Assembly (NCBI GenBank): GCA_024137785.1
Contig: JAHRHZ010000042.1
Span: forward strand, 24,486,128 to 24,550,127
Origin: Ginglymostoma cirratum
Lineage: Eukaryota
Direction of reading: 5' to 3'
Length of the DNA: 64,000 bases
Shown: positions 12,380 to 22,927 of the stretch, piece by piece
Numbering within the stretch: the stretch's first letter is position 1
How the letters are laid out: each line of letters starts with the position of its first letter
Program-made: the position numbers and the translations under genes
The notes under the pieces: generated by a model
Seen by the model: the letters and a program-made list of their open reading frames with translations, nothing else
The model's database searches: none
What the model was told of the DNA's origin: nothing

Positions 12380-14123
12380 CACATTTCAAAGAGAAACAAA
12401 AACGCCAATGGAATAAGTGACCATTTGCGGCAAACTAAACAAGTTAAAATACGGAATGAAACTTAAGGAAATAAAATATCATTAACAAAATTCTATGGCA
12501 GATCAGATAATTTGACTGAGTGTATACAAGAAGAATGACTACGAAAAAGGAGGGCATAAGTGAAGCATGAAAGAATGCTAGCTAGAAATGCAGCAACAGA
12601 TGGTAGGAATTTCTACAGCTATTTGAAAAAGAAAAAGGTTTTAAAAAGTGTTCAAAAAAAAACTGAATATTGGTCCTAGAGAAAGTGAGTCTGGGGAATT
12701 AATAATGGGGGTAAAAGGCACATGAATTGAACTTTGCATCAGTCTTCAGTGTAAAGAATACAGGCGACATTCCAGAAATAGTTGTATATCAGGAACTATG
12801 AAGGAAGGGGGAACTCAGGGCAATCACAGCACCAGGGGTATGATACGACCAAAGTGTTTGAGCTGTTTCTGGCAAATCCCTGGTCCAAACAGACTTCATC
12901 TTAGGACATTAAAAGAAATACGTTGTGAGATGGTTGATGTTTGAGTTTTATTTTACAATATTACTTAGATTCAGAGAAAGTTCAACTGATTGGAAAATAG
13001 AATGTAATTCCTTCATTCAAAAGTGACGGAGACAGAAAGTAGGAAACTGCACACAGTTAGCTTAATATCGGTTTTTGGGAAGATGCAGTAAGGGTAATAT
13101 ATTGACATGGAAAAAGAGCCCGCATAAATAACTCATCTTCTGGTCACTACGGTGTAATGTGTGGTGTGCCAGAGGAATCAGTGTTGGACTTCAACTCTTT
13201 ACAATTTATATAAATGACGTGAAAGAAGGTGCATTAGCTAATTTCCTGACACATGAAAATAAATAGGGAAGTAAGTTATGAAGAGGATGTAAGAGGGCTA
13301 CAATAAGATTTAGATAAGTTAAGGGAGCAGGCAACTATCTATCAAATGGAATTTAATATTAGTAGATGTGAACCTGTCCACAATGGTTGGAAGACTTTTA
13401 AAATAAAGCGTCTTATCGAGATGGTGAGAAATTGCAGGGGTCTAGGTTGCAAAAATATTAGTATGCAGCTGCAGCAAATAATTAAGAAAGCTATTTGAGT
13501 ATGACTGTTTATTATGAAAAGAATTAAGTACAAAAATAAGAAAGTAATACTTTAGTTTATACAAGGCATTGGCAAGGTCACAGCTGGAGTACTATGTACA
13601 GTATTGGTCTCCTTCCTTAATGAAAGATGCAAACATTTTTGAAGTCGTGCAAAGACTGCTTTACCAGACTAAATCCTGGAATGAGTGACTTATCTTTGGA
13701 GGCAAAGTTGAACAAGCCAGATTTCAATCCACGAGAATTTAGAAGAGTAAGAGATGACTTGATTGGAACATAGAAAGATCCTGAGGGATTTTAACAGGCT
13801 GCCCGTGAAAGAACGTTTCTTCTTGTGGGAAGATCTAAAACGAGGGGTCACCGTTTAAAAATAAGGAGTTGCCCAGTCAAGATCGAAATGAGGGAAGAAA
13901 AAAAGCATCTCATAGAGTGACTCTCTTTCACAAGATGCAGTGGCAGCAGAGTCCTTGTTAGATAGAAGTAGTTAGATTATTGATAAGGAAAAGAAAAAGA
14001 AAAATCATCAGTTGTAGTGAAGAATGTGGAGTAATCAGATCAATCATGATCCTACTGAGTGGCAGCATACACTTAAGGGGCTATGTGGTTTACTCCTGTT
14101 GCTAATTTATATGTTTGTACGTA
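12380..14123 (+). mobile_element. Old, heavily degraded CR1 LINE ORF2 and 3' UTR
   Basis: Recognisable remnants: ttgcatcagtcttca, cagttagcttaatatc (YRPVSLT), ggtcacagctggagtactatgtacagtattggtctcc (RPHLEYCVQFWSP); tail tttactcctgttgctaatttatatgttt. Confidence 0.75.
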
Positions 14124-15106
14124 AACTTTTCCCAGAAGTTTTAAACATGACTTCTGCTTACTGAAGAGCTGACTGATATAACTCAAAATAGTTCAAAAGT
14201 AGATCCACATATTTAAAGTTTATTTCACTCATTATAAACTATCTTACTCAGGAGGTGCTAGACTGACAGGCTAAAAATATTGATTTGTTTGTGATCATCA
14301 GTTTAAACAAAAATAATAATCTACGACATTTATAGATCTGGTGGGTATTGTTCAAAAGCAATATCATCTTGAATATTAGACATTAAGCACAACCCAATTG
14401 GACTGGTTTATGACAGATTTAGCAAACTCTCAGAAAGAAAACACTTTAAATTGGGAATAGCTGGTGCAGTAACGGGCAGTGACATCCCAGGGGAGATATT
14501 TAGAATTATATCTTGAAAATTTTACTTAAGATAGTCCAGCTAAAAGTAAACAATTGGAAAGTGTTTTAATTGCTCTTTGGAGCAATACATGACAAATTGG
14601 TATTTTGTGTCGGTTTGGGATATTTTAAATGTGTCTGTTTTTGACTGAAAAGAATGCACTTCATCATTTTGTCACTGATATTTGCATGTGTGCAGGGATG
14701 GAAGGTTTGAATTCTATGTCTGGTTCCAGTGAACACATTATAAGGTGAAATTTCCCAGTATTATTGATTTTCTTTTTGTCTGCCCTATGTTCAAAGTCTA
14801 TGAGACAAACAAACACAAGCATGATATAATCTTTTTTGTTCATTACTTAATCTCGAGAAGAATCTGTAAATTAACTGTGTAAAAAAGCTTCTGATTTAAG
14901 TTCAACTAAAGTCATCAAAATAAAAAATCAACGTTTCTGCAACACTTGCCGTAACAGGAGACACACCATCACAAAACTAAGCTCATTATGTTGACCTATC
15001 CACTAAAATTCAATGTTTTCTTTTTTACGCACTTCAACCTTTATTTATTGCAAAGCTGAATAGGCTGAACAGCATCCTTCACAAAAACAGACAGCATGAT
15101 CTATTT

Positions 15107-15234
15107 AGAAATAGGCCTAGGCTCGAAACGTCAGCCTTCCTGCTCCTCTGATGCTGCTTGGCCTGCTGTGTTCGTTCAGCTCTACGCCTTGTTATCTCAG
15201 ATTCTCCAGCATCTGCAGTTCCTGCTATCTCTGA
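15107..15234 (+). mobile_element. Family A mini-element with tail and 14 bp TSD
   Basis: agcatgatctattt at 15093-15106 and 15235-15248; body and tail agattctccagcatctgcagttcctgctatctctg. Confidence 0.85.
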
Positions 15235-15375
15235 AGCATGATCTATTTGTTCTTCTGCAATCAAGAAAAGGATGCCAGCCATTTTCAGAAAGAGGAGGCG
15301 CTGGTGTTGGACTCGGGCGGACAAGGTCAGAAATCACACGACATCAGGTTATAGTCCAACGGGTTTATTTGAAAT

Positions 15376-15410
15376 CACAAGCTTTCAGATCCTCTCTCCT
15401 TCTTCAGGTG
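15376..15410 (-). ncRNA. Minimal hammerhead ribozyme motif in family C PLE terminus
   Basis: Minus strand: CAC-CTGAAGA-A-GGA-GAGAGGA-TCT-GAAA-GCTT-GTG; stem I cac/gtg, palindromic AAGCTT. Confidence 0.6.
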
Positions 15411-15994
15411 TTAGTGAGAGAGGTAGCATCAGGCACAGAATTTATCAGTAAAAGATCAAAGGGTCACACCACTGATCAGGGTGTATGAAACAAATCTGAG
15501 ATGCTGTTAAATATTTAATCTGTTAGAAGATTTTAATTGATTAATAGTTATATGTAAATCCCTGAAGTTCTTTTCAGTCACTGTCCTGAGAAGACTAAAG
15601 GTTTTATTAGTGGAAAGAAGAGGTGACATTTTAGGTCAGACAACGTATGTTAGGTGTGAGGTCTTGTTTAGAATCTGTTTGTGTTTTGCTTTGGAGTCAG
15701 ACTGGTTTTATTTCTAAAGTAGGAATTTATAAAACACCACATTGACTGACTATCTATAAATTGTGTGCTTTTTGAACAAAATAGAATGTATCGGCAAATA
15801 CAAATTCACCCCATAGATTTGTGTGTGTGTGAGAGAGAGAGAGAGCGTGTGTGAGGAAGAGAGGAAGAGAGGAAGAGGGTGTATGTGTGCACACTTGAGA
15901 GACTGTGTGTTTGAGAGAGGATCTGTGACAGTTTGTGTGAGTGAGCGTGTATGTATGTATGCATGCTTGTGTGAGTGTATAGTGTGGTAGGATC

Positions 15995-16830
15995 ACCTGC
16001 AATGTGACATGAACCCAAGGTTCTGATTGAGGCTGTTCTCATGGGTACCGAGCTTGGAGGAAGTTTACGAAGATCTGAGGCTGAATGTCCTTGACATCTG
16101 AATTGTTCCCCCACTGGAAGGGAACATCTCTGTCTGGCAATTGTTGCGTGGTGCCCATTCATCCATTGTTGTCGCGTCTGCATGATTTCGCCAATGTACC
16201 ATGCCTCGGAGCATCCTTACCTGCAGCATTTGAGATAGACAACATTGGCCGAGTCACATGAGTATCTGCTGTGCGCATGGTGGGTGGTGATCCCACGTGT
16301 GGTGCTGGAGCCCATGTTGATGAACTGACATGACTTGCAGAGGTTGCCATGACAGGGTTGTGAGGTGTTGTGGTTGATGTTGTCCTGAAGGCCGGGTAGT
16401 TTGCTGTGAATAATGGTCTGTTTAAGGTTTGGTGGTTGTTTGAGGGAGAGAGGTGGAGGCGTGGGGAAGACCTTGGCGAGGTGCTCATTGTCATCAATAA
16501 TGTGTTGAAGGCTGCAAAGAACATGGCATAGTTTCTCTGCTCCTGGGAAGTATTGGACAATGAAGGGCACCCTATTGGACGTATCCCATGTCTGTCTTTA
16601 CGGAGGTGGTAATGGTTTGTTGCTGAGGCACGTCAGAACTGGCAATTGGTGCATTGAGCATCATATCCTGTTCCTATGAGGACGTCCTTCAACACCTTCA
16701 GGTGTCTGTCTCATTCCTCCTCATCTGTACAGATCCTGTGTATGTGCAGGGCTTGTCTGTATGTTGATATGTTTTAATATGGAAGCTACAGAAGTGCAGC
16801 ATCGCGAGGTTATCCGTGGGCTTGTGGTAG
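15995..16830 (-). pseudogene. PLE RT C-terminus, Cys linker and GIY-YIG endonuclease, frameshifted
   Basis: YHKPTDNLAMLHF, QALHIHRICTDEE, PFIVQYFPGAEKL, PCHGNLCKSC, YSCDSANVVYL..C, MQTRQQWMNGH across several frames. Confidence 0.85.
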
Positions 16831-16850
16831 AGTGGGCTTGTGGTAGAGTG

Positions 16851-17325
16851 AGCAACAAACTACCTAGCCTTCAGGACAACATCAACCACAACAACTCACA
16901 ACCCTGTCGTTGCACACTCTGCAAGTCATGTCAGATCTTCGACACGGACACTACCATCACACGTGCGAACACCACCCACCACATGCACAGCAGATACTCA
17001 TGTGACTCGGCCAATGTTGTCTATCTCATATGCTGCAGGCAAGGATGCTCCAAGGCATGGTATATTGGCGAAACCATGCAGACGCTACGACAATGGATGA
17101 ATGGACACCACGCAACAATTGCCAGACAGGAATGTTCCCTTCCAGTGAAGGAACACTTCAACGGTCAAAGACATTCAGCCTCCGATCTTTGGGTAAACGC
17201 CCTCAAAGACTGACTTCGGGATACACAACAACCCAGAGTCACTGAGCAGAGGCCGATAGCCAAGTTCGGTCCCCATGAGGACAGCCTCAACTGGGATCAT
17301 GGGTTCATGTTGCACTACAGGTGAC
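16851..17325 (+). pseudogene. PLE Cys linker and GIY-YIG endonuclease
   Basis: PCRCTLCKSCQ...YSCDSANVVYLICCRQGCSKAWYIGETMQTLRQWMNGH...PVKEHFN: VVY...YIG motif with Cys-rich linker as in Neptune-clade PLEs; premature stop at 17211-17213. Confidence 0.9.
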
Positions 17326-17667
17326 CCCACCCACACTTTACACACACACACACACACGAATCTGTATTCGCAGATACGTTCTATTTTGTTCAAAAAGCAC
17401 ACAACTTCGAGATAGTAGGTCAATGTGGCATTTTTATAAATTCCTACTTTAGAAGTAAAACCAGTCTGACTCCAAACTAAAACACAAACAGATTCTAAAC
17501 AAGGTCTTACACTTAATGTGCATTGTCTGACCTAAAATGTCACCTCCCCTTTCCACTGATAAAACCTTTAGTTCCCTCAGGACCATGAGTTGAAAGGAAT
17601 TTGGGGATTTACATATACATATTAATCAATTAAAACTTGGTAACTGATTAAAGATTTAATAGCATCT

Positions 17668-17769
17668 GTTCTGAGGAAGGGTCACCGGACCCAAAACGTT
17701 AGCTCTGTTTTTCCCTTCACAGATGCTGCCAGACCTGCTGAGCTTTTCCAGCAACTTTGTTTTTGTTCC
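17668..17769 (+). mobile_element. Family D mini-element inserted into the family C right arm
   Basis: gtt-ctgagga-a-gggtc-accg-gaccc-aaaa-cgtt; imperfect TSD taatagcatct (17657-17667) / taacagcaact (17770-17780); absent from the left arm. Confidence 0.8.
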
Positions 17770-17938
17770 TAACAGCAACTCAGGGTTGACTAATACATCC
17801 TGATGAGTGGTATGGCCCTTTGATTTTTTACTTATAAAATCTGTGTGAGATACTACCTCTCTCAGGGTTTGAGTGAAGATTTGTAGTTTGGGTGCTGGTT
17901 ATAGATGTTGGTGTGTTTGCTGAGCTGGGAGATTTGAT

Positions 17939-17980
17939 AGCAGACATTTCGTCCCCATACTAGTTGACATCCTCAGTGCT
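17939..17980 (-). ncRNA. Minimal hammerhead ribozyme motif, family B
   Basis: Minus strand: AGCA-CTGAGGA-T-GTC-AACTAGTATGGG-GAC-GAAA-T-GTC-TGCT; perfect 4 bp stem I, 3 bp stem II, GUC triplet. Confidence 0.75.
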
Positions 17981-18676
17981 GTGGAGCCTCCTGTGAACTG
18001 CTGTTGTCTTGTGCCGGTTTGAATTTATATGGCCTGGTTTTTGCTGCTTCCAGTAGGTGCCAGTTCCAGCAATGCTTTGTAATGGTCGGTATTCAGGAAA
18101 TCCACACATACTGACCAGCCCTTAAACTAGCACTGCAACGCCCCAACTCACACAAGAGGAACTGCATTAGGACCCTGGTTAAAAGGGCCTCTACACACTG
18201 CAACACACCTGATCTGCAGAAGGAAGAAGAACACCTCTATGAAGGTCTTTACCAGGAATGGATACCCCCGCAGCTTCACCCACAGACGCCTAGCCAACAG
18301 ACAACACAACCAGGACACACCAAAACCTGAAACAATAACCTCCATACCATACATTAAAAAAAAACCTCAGAACTGACAGCCTTACGACTCAGACCACGAG
18401 AAATCATGACAGTACACAAACCGGCAGCCACACTAAGACAGCAGCCGACCAGAGTTAAAGACCCAATAGATACCATGGACAAGACAAGTGTGGTTCACAA
18501 GATACCCATGCAGAGACCTCACAAAACACTACGTGGGACAAACAGGCAGACAACTAGCAACCCGCATCCACAAACACCAGCTAGCAACTAAATGAAACGA
18601 CCAGACATCCTTGGTTTCAAAACACACAGACAAGAAAATCCACACTTTCAACTGGGACAAGACTACTATCTTTGGC

Positions 18677-18912
18677 ACAAAAACAGAAGTTGCTGGAGAA
18701 GCTCAGCAGGTCTGGCAGCATCAGTGAAGAAAATATCAAAGTTAACGCTTTGGGTCCGGTGACCCTTCCTTAGAGCTCAGAACTCGGGTCACCGGATCCG
18801 AAACGTTAACTTTGATATTTTCTTCACCGATGCTGCCAGACCTGCTGAGCTTCTCCAGCAACTTCTGTTTTTGTTCCTAATTTACGGCATCCATAGTTCT
18901 TTCAGTATTTAT
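18677..18912. mobile_element. Palindromic family D mini-element inserted in family B GIY-YIG region
   Basis: acaaaaacagaagttgctggagaagctcagcagg... mirrored by ...cctgctgagcttctccagcaacttctgtttttgt; tail on right arm only. Confidence 0.85.
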
Positions 18913-19126
18913 TGCTTTCATCAGACAAGTTAAACAGAGGACAGCCAGGGAATTCTTGGAGGATTGGCATTCGTCCACAGAATTCATCAACAAATACATG
19001 GAATTAGACACGATATACCAACCATTAGAACGCACAGCCAGAACCAGCACCTACCAGAAGCAGCAAAAACCAGGCTATATAAATTCAAACCGGCACAAGA
19101 TAACAGCACTTCACAGGAAGCTCCAC

Positions 19127-19168
19127 AGCACTGAGGGTGTCACCTAGTAAGGGGACGAAACGTCTGTT
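19127..19168 (+). ncRNA. Minimal hammerhead ribozyme motif, family B (A9 changed to G)
   Basis: AGCA-CTGAGGG-T-GTC-ACCTAGTAAGGG-GAC-GAAA-C-GTC-TGTT. Confidence 0.6.
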
Positions 19169-19211
19169 ATCAAACCTCCCAGCTTGGCAAACACACTAAC
19201 ATCCACAACTA

Positions 19212-19472
19212 GAGATAACAAAGTGCAGAGCTGGATGAACACAGCAGGCCAAACAGCACCAGAGGAGCAGGAAAGCTGATGTGGGGGCCCATTTCTGAAG
19301 AAGGGTCGAGGCCCGAAATGTCAGATTTCCTGCTGCCCATTTCTGAAGAAGGGTCCAGGCCCGAAACGTCAGCTTTCCTGCTCCTCTGATGCTGCTTGGC
19401 CTGCTGTGTTCATCCAGCTCTACACCTTGTTATCTCAGATTCTCCAGCATCTGCAGTTCCTCCGATCTCCGA
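19212..19472. mobile_element. Palindromic family A mini-element with two tandem hammerhead motifs
   Basis: TSD aacatccacaacta (19198-19211) / aacatctacaacta (19473-19486); inverted arms; CTGAAGA...GAAA cores at 19295 and 19343. Confidence 0.85.
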
Positions 19473-19674
19473 AACATCTACAACTACATCTCTCACTAAC
19501 ATCTTAAGAAGGAGAGAGGCTCCGAAAGCTTGTGTTTTCAAATAAATCTGTTGGACTGATGTTGTGTGATTTCTGACCAACATAAAGTGACACATATGTA
19601 CAACTGACACAAAAAAATACTTGATCGAAGAATTTTAAAGAGCATCTTAGTCGAAAGGGCTAATGGATCTCGAC

Positions 19675-20060
19675 TAGAATCAAAAAGACATTATGATATG
19701 GGGAGGCCACTGAGCCCACTGTGTCTATATCATCCTCCAGAAGCCAATCAATTTCTCCACCGTATCCCTATAGCCCTACAAGATTATCACCCACAAAAAC
19801 CATCCCATTTGCTTTTGAAATTATCCATTATATCTGCTTCCACAACTCTTTTTCAGAAATGAGTTCAAACCATTATCACTCAATCTTAATCACTTCATCT
19901 GACAAAGGAGCAGTGCTTCGAAAGTGTGTGTTTTCAAATAAACCTGTTAAGACTATTATCTGGTGTCATGTGACTTCTGACTCAATCTAAAAACATTTTC
20001 CCGCACATTGCCCTGCATATCCTCCACAATAGTTTAAATCTTTGTCCTCTGGTTGTCATA
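19675..20060 (-). mobile_element. Degraded CR1 3' end, interrupted by a family C terminal fragment
   Basis: tagaatc...ggaggccactgagccc...tatccctatagccct, the reverse-complement CR1 3' UTR pattern. Confidence 0.5.
19889..19979 (+). mobile_element. Solo family C terminal fragment with decayed hammerhead motif
   Basis: catctgacaaaggagcagtgcttcgaaagt...caaataaacctgttaagacta...tgacttctga matches 19500-19577; direct repeat actcaatct at 19878-19886 and 19980-19988. Confidence 0.7.
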
Positions 20061-20633
20061 CATAAGCAATTTATTATTTTTATGCTACTTTTCTGTCTTT
20101 TCATTTTATTGGCGAGTAACACAACAATGGGTTCACCAAGAACAGACACAACGAACAACATAAGATGCCAACTTCAAGTAGCTGAAACTCCCCAAAGGAC
20201 AATTGTGCTTGGAACACTGCACAAAGGCCGTGATAAGATGTTCTTCTTGTTAATGCAGTTCAGTGCCATGATGCAGCAGTGCTTTATAGAATGAAACTGA
20301 AAGGAATTACAGTGTTCCACACTAAATTTACATGGACAAATATCTGTTGCCCATTAAATTGTCATTGTCTGAGGTAAGTATGTAAATAATCACATCTAGA
20401 GTACTTCACAGAGAGCTTCTGCTCGGTTGTGCTGAATTTTTGTTGTAATTCGTACAACATTTGCATTTTTTGTGAAATTTGAAAGGCAAATTTTGTTCAA
20501 TTTAACATAATTTTAATCGTACCCCAGATTAAATTGATCTCCATTGGGAATTTCCACTTGCTTGCAAGTGCTTTTCAAAACAAAAAAAGCTGCTACTTTT
20601 GGGTTCATGGATAAGAAAAGAATATAAAATTTT

Positions 20634-20724
20634 GAGATAACAAGGTGTAGAGCTGGATGAACGCAGCCGGCCAAGCTGCATCAGAGGAGCAGGAAAGCTG
20701 ACGTTTTGGGTCAAGACCCTTCAT
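20634..20724 (-). mobile_element. Family A mini-element with 13 bp TSD
   Basis: tataaaattttga at 20623-20635 and 20725-20737. Confidence 0.85.
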
Positions 20725-21195
20725 TATAAAATTTTGATTTGCTTTTACAATTGATGAAAAAAATGATTACGGTGTCTATAAATTATAACACTTTTTGAAA
20801 AAAAAAAGTCAATTTCAGTAGCTTTATATAAGATTACACAGAGGTGGTAAAGTAACACTGTGATTAAAAAAGATCAAATACCATTCTTGACCTTGATTAA
20901 TTCATCTTGATTTCAAATTGCTTTGAATTGTCATTACTCAGATGACAAAGTATCTAGTTTTCTGCAAAACATAAGGGCATCGAGTTTCTCCTTTCGCACA
21001 ATCGATCATCCAGGTATACATTGTACTCACAAGAGCACAGGAGATTAGTGGTAATATTGATGGACTAATCATCCAGATACCTTGACGAAAGTTTCAGAGA
21101 TACAAATTCAAATCCAACCACAACTTCTGGGGCAATTTAAATTTAATTTTAGAAAGTTGGCATAAGAAAGTTAGTGTCAGTAACAATCATTAAAT

Positions 21196-21528
21196 TCATT
21201 CACAGGATGAGGGTGTCACTGGCTAGGCAACATTTATTACCCATCCCTAATTGCCCAGAGTCAACCACATTGCTGTGGGTTTGGAATCACATGTAGGCCA
21301 GACCAGGTAAGGATGGCAGTTTCCTTCCCCGAAGGTCATTAGTGAACCAGATAGATTTTTCCAACAATTGTCAATGGATTCACATTAATCATTAGACTCT
21401 TAATTCCAGAAATTTATTGAATTCAAACGCCATCATCTGCCTTGGGATTTGAACCCAGGCCTCCAGAAAATTGTGGGTCTCTGGGTTAACAGTCCAGTGA
21501 TAATGCCACCAGGCCATCACCTCCCCCT
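21196..21528 (-). mobile_element. tRNA-derived SINE (~330 bp)
   Basis: Minus strand: ggggaggtgatggcctggtggcatt (A-box), gggttcaaatccc (B-box), tail gggcaattagggatggg; further copies at 32.3, 43.4, 51.1 and 62.9 kb. Confidence 0.8.
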
Positions 21529-22566
21529 ACCAGGCTCTTCTAAGGACCATCTGTTCAGTGTTGTCCTTCAGGGAAAGAAATCTGCTGTCATTATCTGTTC
21601 TGGCCTACACGTTACTTCAGACCCACAGAAATGGGCTAGTGAGCTGCTCCAGGTAAGCTAATTAAAAATAAAGCCAGACCGACCACCCAGAATTGGAAAC
21701 AACAAAGGCACACCCTGTCAATGTTGCAAAGCTCTCCTCAGTAAGGTTTGGGGACTTGTCAAAATTGGGAGATCTGTCATACACATGGAATTGTACCCTA
21801 CAGCTAACTCCTCCATTACCATGAGGTGAGTCCTGTCTCACTGGCAGGCAGACCCATCAGAGATGGTGGCACAGTTGTTTATAGTCAGGAGAGAGCTCTG
21901 GCAGTCTTGATCGTTTGGAATTGGTGAAGACTCATTCCCTCAAATCAAACCTGGAAACAGAATCCTCATGCTCATTACCACCTCACACTCTTCACTGATA
22001 ATCATCACTTGGAAGAAGCTCGGAGGGTATCAAGGGCACACGATGTAAATTGTTTAGCAAAATTCAAACTCCAACACAAAAATTGGGTTTTAAAGCGTGC
22101 TACTGGCTGATCTGTTTGAGCCGCTCAAGAAAGATCTGTTACAGTGGACTTGTGGCAGGTGGTCAAAAAACAAGCAAGAGGGGATCATTTTCTTGGCTAC
22201 TTCTTCACAATTCTATATTCATCTGTGTTAGTAGAGGTAGGACATCATAAGAACAACATTGTGTTGCATGGCACTACTCCCTTGCTAAATGTGCTTGATT
22301 CCGAACAGCTTCAGCAACTCAACACTAGACTAGCCTCAGCAGTAGCAGCAGAAAAAAAATTCATCCAGAATCTTATGATTCATCATTCTACCATTACCAT
22401 GAAGCTGGTGTGTCATCTTTGTTCAATAAGGAGTGTAAGGCATGCTAAGAGCACAATCAGGCACACCTAAAAATGGAACGTCTACTTATTTGAAGCTACA
22501 ATATGGAGTATATACATCGAAAAAGCAGAAACAGCATTTTACGAACAGAACTAAATTATTCCACAA

Positions 22567-22660
22567 GTTAACAAGGTGTGGGGCTGGATGAACACAGCAG
22601 GCCAGGCAGCATCAAAGGAGCAGAAAAGCTGACGTTTCAGGTCTAGACCCTTCTTCAGAA
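22567..22660 (-). mobile_element. Family A mini-element with intact hammerhead core and 14 bp TSD
   Basis: aaattattccacaa at 22553-22566 and 22659-22672; minus strand ttCTGAAGAagggtctagacctGAAAcGTCag. Confidence 0.85.
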
Positions 22661-22711
22661 ATTATTCCACAACCAGTTAATCAGGTCAATGCTCTGCTGT
22701 CCTAAAATATA

Positions 22712-22927
22712 ACATAAAATCACCACAGGTTTACCAGCCAGTAGGGCTGCTCTCTCATTAGAAAGAGAGAGGGCTGGTGGTGGGTTAATCTGAGAGTCAC
22801 CACACATCAGGCAAGAAGACGTTAAGAAGGACAGTCCTTCATGGTAGCCTCAGCCAGTCTAAGAATTGAACCCGCACCATTGGCATCACTCCACATAGCA
22901 AAACAGCCGTCCAGCTAACTGATCGCT
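22712..22927 (-). mobile_element. tRNA-derived SINE with 14 bp TSD
   Basis: tgtcctaaaatata at 22698-22711 and 22928-22941; minus strand tcagttagctgg (A-box-like) and gggttcaattc (B-box). Confidence 0.75.

Larger units (their letters stand above)
17865..19482 (+). mobile_element. Second Penelope-like element (Penelope/Poseidon-like, family B) with inverted 5' terminal copy, nested in family C
   Basis: 17893-18091 is the reverse complement of 19014-19210; coding remnants RKSTHTDQ, KDPIDTMDKTSVVHKIP, YVGQTGRQLATR, REFLEDWHS; TSD actacctctctca (17852-17864) / actacatctctca (19483-19495). Confidence 0.85.
15296..19577. mobile_element. Palindromic Penelope-like element (Neptune-like, family C) with nested insertions
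   Basis: Left arm 15296-~16850 (minus) is the inverted repeat of a right arm that runs 16851-17667, 17770-17864 and 19483-19577; both arms encode GIY-YIG remnants and end in a hammerhead-bearing terminal region. Confidence 0.9.

Noticed and set aside
18677-18912. Hairpin mini-elements as classical MITEs of a DNA transposon
   Set aside because: Arms are unequal (one-sided tail), TSD length varies from 8 to 15 bp, and single-arm copies also have TSDs; this fits PLE retrotransposition better
20259-20379. Possible plus-strand exon (aatgcag|...ctgag|gtaagt) with one open frame
   Set aside because: Peptide QCHDAAVLYRMKLKGITVFHTKFTWTNICCPLNCHCL is unrecognisable and no partner exons were found; compatible with chance
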